Positions 23,690 to 34,849 of a stretch of 64,000 bases of DNA are shown here, in pieces; position 1 is the first letter of the stretch; every line of letters starts with the position of its first letter. Origin of the DNA: Alloascoidea hylecoeti (lineage: Eukaryota); contig BCKZ01000016.1 in the NCBI GenBank assembly GCA_001600815.1, positions 175,077 to 239,076 on the forward strand. Reading direction: 5' to 3'. Below the pieces are notes generated by a model, which worked only from the letters and a program-made list of their open reading frames with translations, did not search any database and had not been told where the DNA came from. A program made the translations under genes and the position numbers.

Positions 23690-23990
23690 ATAAGATCTTT
23701 ATGCCCGTCGATGTACTTAAGGCTAATTTTCTTGCTCTTCTATGTGTATACACCAACAAAATTATCCTTTTGGCATTGTGATTTCGGCCTTTTAAGTAAA
23801 CCTCCCGAGAATACACCTATTTATCTTTTCTTGCAGCTATCCCATGTGATCCATGACCATCCAGTACATGAGGGGGGTTGTTTGCTCTATTGTTTTAGGA
23901 AGCAGTGCTTGACCCATTCGACAATTAAATAGGCGCCAATACTGTATTTTATTATTTTTCAACAGTGGACAATTCCTTCCACAATTGTTT
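23690..23990 (-). mobile_element. pogo/Fot1-type DDE transposase relic
   Basis: VEWVKHCF, HVLDGHGSH (23844-23870), then KRIILL...LYPLQP; interrupted. Confidence 0.65.
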
Positions 23991-24406
23991 GCTGCTTAAA
24001 CTTCTGAATTACTTCTCATAGGCAATAAATAGGTTTATTCAATTTTGTTTTAGTTATGTGCTATGGCATAGTATCGTTCGTGGTTGGTGCTAAATACCAT
24101 AAATAAAACTTACATAGTAGATTTACATCCATACGACAATGAGTCCGGAGTCTGAACGTTTATTATAACGTTTTTTAACTAACTTATATAGCTACGCTAT
24201 CACTTGTTATTCAAGTATACTAGTATATTAATTGAATATTAATTCATTAAACATAATTATAATATACATAGTTATAGTATTTGATAATTTAATTATCTTT
24301 AATTCTAGCAAAATCCTATAAAAAGTAAACATCTCCAACTACAAATTACTTCCATACTGTGAGAAAAAATTGATAGTTGATACATATCTTAAAATGAATC
24401 ATTTCA

Positions 24407-25921
24407 CTAATCCTTTGACTTCTTCTTCTTCTTCTTGGGTGTATCTTCATCATCAGCAGTTCTCTTCTTTTCCTTCTTTTTCTTATCTTTTTTCTCCTTT
24501 TTTTTCTCCTTCTTTTCTTTCTTGTCTTTAATCTTCTTTGGCTCATCAGTAGCATCCTCCATTTCAACATCTTCCTTAATATCCTTAGTAACAGTTAAGT
24601 CATCAGGCATACTTTCCAAGACTAAATCCATAGCATGCTTCATAGCAATAGCGTTCTTCACGGGTGGTTTACCAGTATCATAGAATTCCAATCGTTCTTC
24701 GACCTGTTGTTTCAAAACTTCACCAAATTTTGTTGTAGGAGTATCAGAAAAACTATCAATACGTGAAGCAATCGAACATTTATTTGCTAAATAACGGGAT
24801 ATTCTACCTTTATTCTTTGCACCAGCTTTACCGATAAATGAGGAGTGGTATATTAAACCATATTTAGGTGTATTTCCCTTTGTCTTTAAAGCTCTAAATA
24901 AAGCCTTTTCAGCACCTAAAATTTGGAGAGTAGAAGCAGGATACTTTGACAAATTCGTCAAAGAACCAGCATGTGAGATTAATCTAGCACCAACAACTTC
25001 ACCAATCAACTCTGAAAGGTTAGGAGCAACGGTGTGCATTTTCTGGGCCAAGTAGTCAAACAATCTTTGACGATACTCGGTGATGTTGACAACCCGTTCG
25101 GCAAAAGCTGTAACATTTGCCATATCAGCTTCGGAAATATCTTGACCCATACTTATCCTGGCAGCACCGATTATTTCTTTAGAAATTCCAGCATCATCAT
25201 TGACCAAAGAAGCAATATCATGGAAGCTATCTTCGTTAAGAGTGGATTTATCTTTGATGAAAAGAGCAAGTTTTGCGTAAGTATGATTGTCAGAAACAAT
25301 TTTGGCCAATTCCGGGAAATGCCATCCATACCATTCCTTAACTCTCATTGCAAAAGTGTTAATATCCTTATCTAGTTGATCAAGTAAGGAAATAGCTTGA
25401 ATAATGTGGTTATCATTTTTTTGGACGCTAAACTTCACTTTAGCTCTGGAGTAGGCATGACCAAGACCAAGTTGTGCTCTTTCAATATCACCTTGTTCTA
25501 GTTCTTTCAATAACTTTACACCGTGGAACCTGATACCTCTAAGTAAATCCTGAACAATTTCATTTGAAACGCAATCAATAAAAGGGAATATTTCCTTGAT
25601 ACTTGGACCCAAGTTTTTATCCGATATTCCAAGAACGATGCTCTTCTTTGAAGAGACCGATGGAATGTTAAGTTCTAAAATCGATTTCAAGAAATCGCTG
25701 ACAATTCCTTCAGAAATATCGTTTGCATTTTCCAAAGCTTGAGCAGCACCTTTAAAAGGAACAAAACTCACGACTTGAACAAATTTTCCAAATAAAGCCA
25801 AGTCTTTAGCAGCTTCTTGAACTTCCTTTAATCTAGCACCGATGTCTTCTGACTGGTGGAGTACTTTAAAAATGGCATAACCAGTAGCTTCTTCGAAAAG
25901 AAGATAATCAATTTTTACCAT
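24407..25921 (-). CDS. NOP56: Box C/D snoRNP protein Nop56
   Basis: AQLGLGHAYSRAKVKFSV, MRVKEWYGWHFPEL, KKE tail; PAC (GATGAG ~26021) and RRPE-like motifs upstream. Confidence 0.97.
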   Translation of the reverse strand: MVKIDYLLFEEATGYAIFKVLHQSEDIGARLKEVQEAAKDLALFGKFVQVVSFVPFKGAAQALENANDISEGIVSDFLKSILELNIPSVSSKKSIVLGISDKNLGPSIKEIFPFIDCVSNEIVQDLLRGIRFHGVKLLKELEQGDIERAQLGLGHAYSRAKVKFSVQKNDNHIIQAISLLDQLDKDINTFAMRVKEWYGWHFPELAKIVSDNHTYAKLALFIKDKSTLNEDSFHDIASLVNDDAGISKEIIGAARISMGQDISEADMANVTAFAERVVNITEYRQRLFDYLAQKMHTVAPNLSELIGEVVGARLISHAGSLTNLSKYPASTLQILGAEKALFRALKTKGNTPKYGLIYHSSFIGKAGAKNKGRISRYLANKCSIASRIDSFSDTPTTKFGEVLKQQVEERLEFYDTGKPPVKNAIAMKHAMDLVLESMPDDLTVTKDIKEDVEMEDATDEPKKIKDKKEKKEKKKEKKDKKKKEKKRTADDEDTPKKKKKKSKD

Positions 25922-26234
25922 TACAAAATTATATGATAGGGAAAGCTTTAAAAAATTTAGAAAAAAAATTGTGTATTTTTTTTTTTCATGTCAGATTACC
26001 CGGTCCAGAGGCGATTTGGAGATGAGATGGCATAAGCTGTATGTTGCTGCAGTTATGCCATAGAGATGCTGCAGGTTTAAATTAAGGTGTTAATAATATC
26101 GATGAAGTCTATTCTTTTTTGAATATTTAAATAGTATAATTGATTGTGTTTGTTCCTATCCTTATTTGTATTTGTATTTATATATCATTTCTGAAAATAT
26201 AACCTCCCCTGCTATTTTGTTTGTCACTACCATC

Positions 26235-26678
26235 ATGGCCCCTATCAACAACACATTATCCCCCTCTACCTCTCCCTCTAGACGGAGCAATACTGCCAGT
26301 GTTAATATAGAACATGACGCAAGCCTACCATCACACTCAGTTATGACACATATAACTCATTCCGGAAAATCCAGAAAAAGAGGAGTGTCTGCTTTTGCAT
26401 CTCCAAATTCTCCCTGGGCTAGGAAGAGATCTCTTGTCTCTGAATCCATGATGTCCCAGGAAAAACATAATGTTTATGAAAACTACTCATATGAACCTGG
26501 TGTGCCTTGTTTTACCATGGCTCTAAAAGTATCCGAGGGATTCTCCTGGAATCAAGACTTATTTGTTTCAAGGTATCAGCAGGGCTTATCTGGTGTTGAC
26601 TACGAAGAGAATTTAGCACCTGAGGTTCATGATATTGTCATCACAGATGAAGATGAGAACATTTTCCCATCTGATTGA
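26235..26678 (+). CDS. Small conserved-looking yeast protein, possibly Ugx2-like
   Basis: 147-aa ORF with SEGFSWNQDLF motif; lies between UGA3-like and SFA1, where S. cerevisiae has UGX2. Confidence 0.6.
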   Translation: MAPINNTLSPSTSPSRRSNTASVNIEHDASLPSHSVMTHITHSGKSRKRGVSAFASPNSPWARKRSLVSESMMSQEKHNVYENYSYEPGVPCFTMALKVSEGFSWNQDLFVSRYQQGLSGVDYEENLAPEVHDIVITDEDENIFPSD

Positions 26679-27113
26679 CAGAATAAGAACTACAATATAA
26701 TGCTTTTAAAGCAGGATGACCTGGACATTAGGTATACTTCCGAGTTATTGGGATACAACATTTAACACACAAGTTTAAAAAACATTCATTTTATAATTGT
26801 TCATATCATTATAATATTTTTTAGTTGTAATTAGGCGTTTGATTTTGGTTAACTTTGATTTTTTTTATTTACTGAATTTGCATTCCATCTTTCGTTTTTC
26901 ATATGTTTTATTATTGTTTTAAATGTATAGGTCTTATAAATTTCCACTTCATTCCAAAGATATATATATGAATATTTCAAGTATCCCGACTAATATTAAT
27001 TGAGTTTAATTTATTTATTGATTTATGAAAACTTTTTATATTTAATAATCGTAAATTTCGGAACTGAGTAGGCCTAGACTCAACTGATGACTCCTCAGTT
27101 TCATATAAACAAT

Positions 27114-28175
27114 CTAAATATACATCCTCGAATTTGTAGCGCCAAAACTTTGCTTGGCTACTTTTTTCATTCTCTTGTCATTTGTAATTAAGTCATTGGG
27201 TAACTCTAATATGTATTGCAAAACTTGTAGGGAAGAGGTTAAGGTCGATGGATCAACACGTTCATAATTTGTTGGACCTTCTGCGTCGTATACTAAAGAT
27301 ACTGCTTTTAACCCCTCCATTTCGGCCTAAAAGACGTTATACATTTTAATTATTGTTTGAATATTCAGCATAAAAATAGAACTTACGTTTGACAGAAAGG
27401 AAGCGGAAATACCTGTAATGAAACTGGGTGGCGTTAACAGTTGTACCCTCATTTTCTTTAAGTCCTCTAGATATTTATCAGTCAGAGTGAACGAGCTGCT
27501 GAAAAGTAATGCCAGCTGATTTTCATTGATTCCTCTATTAATTGAACTTGGTGATAATACTACAAGTTTCTGTGGCACAAGTGTTTGTAAAATGAATCTT
27601 GCTATTGGTGAATCCAACTCGTCTGCTAAAATCGGTAACTTTATCAAGAATAACGAAGGAATAAGGGTATTCACATATAATTTAATTGAAGATGGAATTA
27701 AAGACTTCGATAATGAATTACCTGGAGCTAAATTTGGATCAGAAGGAGCGTATAAACCTATATCTTCATCATAAATTGCATTATTCCTCTGTTGTGAGTC
27801 AGAGTTCAACTCTCTTTCTCCAAAAGAGGTATCATTTTTCTTATTCCCAGGAGTCCCTTTTGTAATCGCAAAATTTCCTGCCTCTTTCCATGAATTTTTG
27901 GGGAAATAATCATAAATTGTATGCAAACAGTGTGGTAAGATTATCAAGGTGGTGTTTGTCCCTTGTGTCAGCTCAATTAAGCGCGTGAAATCAATTTTTG
28001 GTTCTGGACAAGTTTCAAGTTCTTCAAGTCCCGTTTCTTCATCGTATTGGGATGAAAGGAGATGGCGAGGCTCTGGAAAGTCAGATAAAGGTTTAAACTA
28101 GAAAACGGTATTTATTAATTAGTTAATGAAGTTGGATGTCAGGAGTAACAATTGAGGAGAATATCATACCAGCAT
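27114..28175 (-). CDS. PBA1: Proteasome assembly chaperone Pba1/Poc1; exons 28175-28170, 28097-27387, 27326-27114
   Basis: Spliced MLFKPLSDFPEPRHLL, PPSFITG, EGP, C-terminal HbYX (MYI); neighbours YKE2 and COQ9 as in S. cerevisiae. Confidence 0.9.
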
Positions 28176-28374
28176 TATTACTAACTTTGAGTTTTAGCTA
28201 AATAAATTAAACAAACAGGGTAGAAAACGAAAAGCGATTATGAACTAGATATATATTTTATTCCAAATGGTTGTTTGAATCTGGAAGAAAATTTACCCGG
28301 ATCTAGATATAAAATTGAAATCAGAGCATGGTGAAAAAGTGACCAAGTGACCAGTGAAATCATATCAAGTAGTC

Positions 28375-28971
28375 ATGAGTGGCGGTGTTAACTCTAAGGC
28401 TCAATTGGAAAGCATATCTGATGCATATAGTAAACTACAAACAGGTAATAACATGTTATTTTGTTTGACAAATAGTGGTCGAAAGCTTTGACAGGAAATT
28501 AATGAGATGATTCTTTTTATTGTCTAGATTTATCTGAATTAATACAGGCGAGACAGAAGTTAGAACAACAATTTCAAGAGAATAAAATCGTCAAGCAAGA
28601 ATTTAGCACCTTAGAAGATGATGCAAAGATCTATAAGTTGATCGGCCCAGCTTTGGTTCCGCAAGATAAATTTGAAGCTGAGACTAATGTTGAAAAGAGA
28701 ATTGAATATATACAAAATGAGATGTATGTCCCCAAATTATATCTATTAATACAGCATTATGATATATTTGACATTAACATATTATTAATAGTAAACGAGT
28801 TGAGGGTAATATTGAAAAATCACAAAAAGAAATGGAAATCAAGCGAACTGAGGTATGCATTTGACATATTTGCTTCTATCTTTCTAATGTAACTACTAAC
28901 TGTCTTCATTTATTATTCAGCTTGTTTCTCTTCAAGCAGGATTGGAAAAACAAGGTCAAGTACAGGCATAG
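28375..28971 (+). CDS. YKE2: Prefoldin subunit 6; exons 28375-28444, 28528-28723, 28792-28852, 28921-28971
   Basis: RQKLEQQFQENKIVKQEF...KIYKLIGPALVPQD...NVEKRIEYI; three GT-AG introns keep the frame. Confidence 0.92.
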
Positions 28972-29043
28972 ATATATATTAAAATGACATAAAATAAACA
29001 AAATAAGAACAAATTTTCACTCAAAATTAAAATGTGTAGAAAT

Positions 29044-29829
29044 CTATCCTCTAACTAATTGTGATCGGATTAAATTTAGGGTTGCGTAAGTGTTAAAGGT
29101 TAGCCATTCCTGTGTATTATCGACCATTGATTCTACAGTATTGGCATTTTTTATTCTTCTCTCAACGAAGTTCCGAGTATCTTGAAAATCTGCAGATTTA
29201 TCATTAAGCATGAACAACTCAGAAGCACTGTAAGTTCCAGCAATGGCAAACCGCTTTGAATACCAGCTGAAATCGTTGGACTTATCACCAGCGTAAAAGG
29301 CTATAGTATCAGCCAACTGCTGTAATTCCCAAATAGACGCTGTCAAATTTTTAGGTTGGGTCATAAGAGCAAGACCATCCTTCATCTTTGACAAATAAGG
29401 AACATTGTATTTCAATCTTTCATTGATTAAATATGTTGTTCTATCAACCTCACTCTTAGACATAAATTCCTCCTCATTTGCTTTGATTGTATCAAGGAGA
29501 GCCAATCTCCTGGTTCTTAAATGATAGAAAATTAAATCTGCAGCACCGTTTTCAAACATTGCTCTCAAACCATCATTATAGCCTTTATCCCGGGCACCTT
29601 TAATAAGAGCCATATCAGTGAACCCCTCAGAAGGCACATGAAGTAGGGCAGAGTTGTATATCGCACTTTCCTCGGAAGTATAAGGGAATTCATCCGGATG
29701 CTCTGTGGAGTGGTAGTTTTTTATGGAATTAAAAACTCGTGGTGTGATTTGCTGAGATTTCAGAACATTGTGAAGAGTAAGAGTTCTGGGGAAAGATCTG
29801 GTCAATTGGCGTAAAAATTGAGATTTCAT
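29044..29829 (-). CDS. COQ9: Ubiquinone biosynthesis protein Coq9
   Basis: AGDKSNDFSWYSKR, YSASELFM, C-terminal SQLVRG. Confidence 0.93.
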   Translation of the reverse strand: MKSQFLRQLTRSFPRTLTLHNVLKSQQITPRVFNSIKNYHSTEHPDEFPYTSEESAIYNSALLHVPSEGFTDMALIKGARDKGYNDGLRAMFENGAADLIFYHLRTRRLALLDTIKANEEEFMSKSEVDRTTYLINERLKYNVPYLSKMKDGLALMTQPKNLTASIWELQQLADTIAFYAGDKSNDFSWYSKRFAIAGTYSASELFMLNDKSADFQDTRNFVERRIKNANTVESMVDNTQEWLTFNTYATLNLIRSQLVRG

Positions 29830-30253
29830 GGTAATATTTTTAATATTTTATATTGACAATTGGTGAGAATGAGATTGTTCTTTAAATTTGGTATAATACT
29901 GATGTTAATTATTGTCAATTGGAAAACAATAATATGCCTAAATTACCGTATTTACCCGGTCATGATCGGCATTTGATATGGTTTGGTCGTTTACTGCAAT
30001 TGGTATATTTACTTTTACTTTTACCTTTATAGACAATGGAGATTTACACAGTTATTAAACTAAACGGTTTTGTAGGCATATGTAATTTTTAGAAGGCATT
30101 AATCTCGTTTCCCCTCATGATCAATTAGTAATAAGATCCAGGATTACACCCACCCACCGGATCGGTTGACATATATTTGATCCAACCTGAGACATTTCCT
30201 CTTCTTTTTTCTTCTCCAGATCAATCCAATTGCCATTATAAATTTATTCAAAA

Positions 30254-31432
30254 ATGACCGTTGCCACAAATGATATAGCTGCTCCAGGAGAGGAAACTCC
30301 TGGAAAAATCATCAATTGTAAAGCTGCAATTGCATGGGCTGCTGGTGAGCCTTTATCTGTTGAAGATGTTCAAGTTCTCCCACCAAGACCACACGAGGTC
30401 AGAATAAAGGTCGTCAATTGTGGTGTTTGCCATACTGATGCTTATACATTATCAGGTAAAGATCCTGAAGGTGCTTTCCCTGTCGTCTTTGGTCATGAAG
30501 CTGCTGGAATTGTTGAATCAATTGGTGAAGACGTTACAAGTGTTAAGCCTGGTGATTATGTCGTTGCCTTATACACCCCAGAGTGTAAGGAATGTAAATT
30601 CTGTAAATCTGGAAAGACCAATTTATGTGGTAAGATCAGAGCAACTCAAGGTCAAGGTTTACTGCCTGATGGAACCGTTAGATTCAAGGCAAGAGGTAAA
30701 GATATCTTACATTATATGGGTGTTTCAGGATTTTCTCAGTATACTGTTGTTGCCGACATTTCCGTCGTCGCCGTTGATAGATCTGCTCCATTTGATAGAA
30801 CTTGTCTATTGGGATGCGGAATTACTACCGGTTATGGTGCTGCTACTATAACTGCCAATGTGCAAGAAGGGGATACAGTTGCTGTTTTCGGTGCTGGTTG
30901 TGTCGGGTTATCGGTTGTCCAAGGTGCTGTTGCTAGAAAAGCTGGTCAAATTATCGTTGTTGATATTAATGATGATAAAAAATCTTGGGCTGAGAAATTC
31001 GGTGCCACTGATTTCGTAAATCCAACAAAACTTCCAGAAGGTCAAGATATTGTTTCTACTTTAATTGATAAATCAGACGGCGGTTTAGATTATACTTTTG
31101 ATTGTACTGGTAATGTTAAAGTTATGAGAAATGCTTTAGAGGCATGCCATAAAGGGTGGGGTCAATCAATTATTATTGGTGTTGCTGCTGCTGGACAAGA
31201 AATTGCAACCAGACCATTCCAATTGGTCACTGGTCGTGTTTGGAGAGGTAGTGCTTTTGGTGGTGTTAAAGGTAGATCTCAATTGCCAAGTTTAGTTAAT
31301 GATTATCTTAAGGGTACCTTAAAAGTTGATGATTTCATCACCCATAAAGTACCATTGAACAAGATCAATGATGCCTTTGGCTATATGCACAGTGGTGAAT
31401 GTATCAGAACTGTTGTTAATATGTTTCAATAA
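30254..31432 (+). CDS. SFA1: S-(hydroxymethyl)glutathione dehydrogenase (class III ADH)
   Basis: [35 protein letters not shown]. Confidence 0.97.
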   Translation: MTVATNDIAAPGEETPGKIINCKAAIAWAAGEPLSVEDVQVLPPRPHEVRIKVVNCGVCHTDAYTLSGKDPEGAFPVVFGHEAAGIVESIGEDVTSVKPGDYVVALYTPECKECKFCKSGKTNLCGKIRATQGQGLLPDGTVRFKARGKDILHYMGVSGFSQYTVVADISVVAVDRSAPFDRTCLLGCGITTGYGAATITANVQEGDTVAVFGAGCVGLSVVQGAVARKAGQIIVVDINDDKKSWAEKFGATDFVNPTKLPEGQDIVSTLIDKSDGGLDYTFDCTGNVKVMRNALEACHKGWGQSIIIGVAAAGQEIATRPFQLVTGRVWRGSAFGGVKGRSQLPSLVNDYLKGTLKVDDFITHKVPLNKINDAFGYMHSGECIRTVVNMFQ

Positions 31433-32074
31433 GCTTAAAGTATATATTAAAATCATTTTAGTTCTGAGTTGTTAAAAGTATATACCGGTATATGTGTACA
31501 TAACTTCGGTTAATGAAATTTATTATAGATGCTTATGAGGGATCTAGATAAAATTCTCAGAAGAATCGTAAAAGTTTTAGAATAATTTGGAAACTTATTG
31601 AGTATTTATATTAATTTTTGGGGTTTTACACCTTGGAGGTACTTAAATGTTCCCTTAAAACATTGATATTTTTGGTGCTAAACAAATTCCGGAACGAATG
31701 CTTAAATGTTATTTCAAATACCATTATTTTTCTCCGCAAGCTTGATTATTTGCCATTAAAATTACCAATTAGTATTTGATATAACATTTCATATTTCAAC
31801 ATACAGTCATACAGTATTAACATATTACAATTTTACAATTCATTAATTAGTTAAATATGGTATTCCTTTTCATATATGCAGCGGGTTTAAAATTGATAAA
31901 TAACTAAAAAAAAATACTAATAAGGCAAACTAATAAAATAACTTAAATACATTATAAAGAATAAAGAAATTCTTCCGAAGTCAATTTTTTCCTTCGCATT
32001 ACTGCACAAATACTTTTGTCTTTTTGGCGTAAAACCGTCAAAATCCATGAGTTGATGGGTCCAAACTAATAAAC

Positions 32075-34435
32075 TTATTTGCTATGTAAAGTAGCCATTC
32101 TGTTCAAGGCAGAACCAGCTTTGAACCATTCAATTTGTTCAGCATTGTAAGTATGACTTAATTCAGTAGACCAAGATTCACCTTCCTTTGGATGAATAAC
32201 TAAAGTTAAGTTTTTACCTGGAGCAATTTCGGTAATACCAACGATATCAACTTCATCATCTGGGTTGATCTTTTCATAAGCTTCTGGTTCAACGAAGTTC
32301 AACGGTAACAAACCTTGTTTCTTCAAATTTGTTTCGTGAATACGAGCAAATGATTTAGTAATGATAGCAAAACCACCTAAAAATCTTGGCTCTAAAGCGG
32401 CATGTTCACGAGAAGAACCTTCACCAAAGTTATCACCACCAATAACAACCCATTTAATACCTTCATCTCTGTAAGCAATAGCAGTTTCTGGGACACCATC
32501 ATATTTGCCAGTGTAGTGATTCTTGATATTGTTTGCTTCACCATTTTCAGCATTAATAGCACCAATCATGTAATTGTTTGAAATATTTTGTAAATGACCT
32601 CTGTATTTCAACCATGGACCAGCTTGTGAGATATGATCAGTTGTAGTTTTACCCAAGGATTTGATCAAAATTGGGAGTTTGAAAGCATCTTTACCATCCC
32701 AAGCTTTAAATGGGGTCAAGAGTTGAAGACGGTCTGAAGTTGGAGCAACTTGAACACTAACTTGAGATCTATCAGTAGGAGGAGCTTGGTAAGTATCCTC
32801 ACCAGGGTCATATCCATTAACAGGTAAACCAACACCACTTGGTGGAGCTAATTTGAACTCTTTACCATCCTTATCTTTCAAAGTATCAGTGATAGGATTG
32901 AATCTCAAATCACCAGCAATAGCAAAAGCAGTGACTAATTCAGGAGATGCAACAAAAGCATGTGTTTGAGGATTTGAATCATTTCTTCCAGTGAAATTTC
33001 TGTTATAAGAAGAGACAATCGTGTTTTTATCACCCTTTTTGATATCCTTTCTATCCCATTGACCAATACATGGACCACAGGCATTAGCTAAAACAACACC
33101 ACCAAATTCATTAAAAGTTTCTAATTGGCCATCTCTGGCAATAGTAGCACGGATCTGTTCAGAACCTGGGGTAACAGTAAATATAGATTTGGATTTCAAA
33201 CCATGAGCAGCAGCATCTTTAATAATAGAAGCAGATCTTGTCATATCTTCATAAGAAGAGTTTGTACAAGAACCAATTAAACCAACTTTAACTTCAAAAG
33301 GCCAGTCATTTGCAAGAGCAACTTCTTTCATTTTTGAGATAGGAGTGGCTAAATCGGGAGTGAAAGGACCGTTGACATAAGGTTCTAAAGTGTTCAAGTC
33401 GATTTCAATCAATTGATCGTATTCAGCACCTTCATCAGCCTTTAAGAATGAATTTCTATACAAGTTGGCAAACTCACCAATTTCTTGTCTACCAGTGGCT
33501 TTTAAGAAATCGAAATGGGAATCATTGTAAGGGAAAGTAGAAGTGGTAGCACCAATTTCAGCACCCATATTACAGATGGTAGCCATACCAGTACAAGATA
33601 AGGTTGCAACACCATCACCAAAATATTCAACAATAGCACCAGTTCCACCTTTAACAGTTGTGATACCAGCAACCTTTAAGATGATATCTTTAGCGGAAGC
33701 CCAACCATTCATTTTACCAGTTAATTTAACACCAATAATCTTTGGAGCTTTCAATTCCCATGGTAAGTTAGCCATAACATCTACGGCATCAGCACCACCA
33801 ACACCAATAGCCAATTGACCCATACCACCAGCATTTGGAGTATGTGAATCGGTACCAATGATTAAAGCACCTGGGAAGGCATAATTCTCCAAAACAATTT
33901 GATGAATGATACCAGAACCTGGTTTCCAGAAACCAATATTATATTTAGCACAAGCAGAGGCCAAAAAATCATAGACTTCTTTGTTAATGTCAATTGCACG
34001 GGCTAAATCTTTGGCACCACCAATTTGAGCTTGGATCAAATGATCACAATGAACAGTTGTTGGGGTAGCAACTTGTGGCATACCAGCAGACATGAATTGT
34101 AAGATGGCCATCTGAGCAGTAGCATCTTGACAAGCAACTCTATCGGGTCTTAACTTTAAATAAGATTGACCTCTGATGATTTCTTGCTCATGAGGTTTAT
34201 CCAAATGACCATATAACAACTTTTCAGCATATGTGAGAGGTCTCTTGAGTCTTTCTTGAACAATTTTGACGTTTTCCAAATGCTTCTTGTAGTTGATGAA
34301 GTTACTTTTCTCAAGAAGGTTCATTGGGACCTTCGAATCCGGGGTAAGACCGGATACGGTTGCCAAAGTACGAGCCGACTGCTGAGCAGCGAATCTTGTG
34401 AGGCCCCTTCTGGATTGGAGTCTTGCGGAGAGCAT
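32075..34435 (-). CDS. ACO1: Mitochondrial aconitase
   Basis: [42 protein letters not shown]. Confidence 0.98.
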   Translation of the reverse strand: MLSARLQSRRGLTRFAAQQSARTLATVSGLTPDSKVPMNLLEKSNFINYKKHLENVKIVQERLKRPLTYAEKLLYGHLDKPHEQEIIRGQSYLKLRPDRVACQDATAQMAILQFMSAGMPQVATPTTVHCDHLIQAQIGGAKDLARAIDINKEVYDFLASACAKYNIGFWKPGSGIIHQIVLENYAFPGALIIGTDSHTPNAGGMGQLAIGVGGADAVDVMANLPWELKAPKIIGVKLTGKMNGWASAKDIILKVAGITTVKGGTGAIVEYFGDGVATLSCTGMATICNMGAEIGATTSTFPYNDSHFDFLKATGRQEIGEFANLYRNSFLKADEGAEYDQLIEIDLNTLEPYVNGPFTPDLATPISKMKEVALANDWPFEVKVGLIGSCTNSSYEDMTRSASIIKDAAAHGLKSKSIFTVTPGSEQIRATIARDGQLETFNEFGGVVLANACGPCIGQWDRKDIKKGDKNTIVSSYNRNFTGRNDSNPQTHAFVASPELVTAFAIAGDLRFNPITDTLKDKDGKEFKLAPPSGVGLPVNGYDPGEDTYQAPPTDRSQVSVQVAPTSDRLQLLTPFKAWDGKDAFKLPILIKSLGKTTTDHISQAGPWLKYRGHLQNISNNYMIGAINAENGEANNIKNHYTGKYDGVPETAIAYRDEGIKWVVIGGDNFGEGSSREHAALEPRFLGGFAIITKSFARIHETNLKKQGLLPLNFVEPEAYEKINPDDEVDIVGITEIAPGKNLTLVIHPKEGESWSTELSHTYNAEQIEWFKAGSALNRMATLHSK

Positions 34436-34566
34436 CTCTAAAGTTAATTGATGTTTATGAACAAAGAAGAAAGAAAACAGCGTTCAACCGGTTTTTATAC
34501 TTTGATGAAAAATGGCGAAGCCCGATGCTCGCAATGGCTTACTCTACCCAAACTGCACGCCCGCTG

Positions 34567-34760
34567 ATTGGCTTGCGGTGGAGGCACGTGACGGAATGCG
34601 TTGGCCCGAGACCGGGCTGACCAGCGGCCTACGGATGTGTGCCGATTGGCCGAACTATAAACGCGTCACCTGACACGGTCTTCCAGTCACATGACCCAGA
34701 TTCGTCAAGATTCGCCCAGAAGCATCCAGAAACCTCCAGAAACCTCCAGAAACCTCCTTC
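34567..34760. promoter_or_regulatory. Divergent ACO1/HSP104 promoter: CCAAT boxes, CACGTGAC/GTCAC motifs, extended heat-shock element
   Basis: ATTGG at 34567 and 34645; GAA at 34719, 34729, 34739, 34749 alternating with ATC/CTC. Confidence 0.75.
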
Positions 34761-34849
34761 ACGAGTTTTTTTATTGTGTATCGTTTATATAAGATGTCCC
34801 TTCTGCCCCCCATCCCCTTTCTTGTTTCTTCAACGCTACACTAGCAATT

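Noticed and set aside
24346..24683. K/R-rich and F/S-rich ORFs overlapping the NOP56 tail (likewise 38269-38832 at KRR1)
   Set aside because: Shadow frames of KKE repeats.
27055..27105. Hammerhead-like words (CTGATGA on +; CTGAGGA..CGAAA on -) inside an inverted repeat
   Set aside because: Stems II and III cannot be formed around the core on either strand; probably a simple hairpin between convergent genes.
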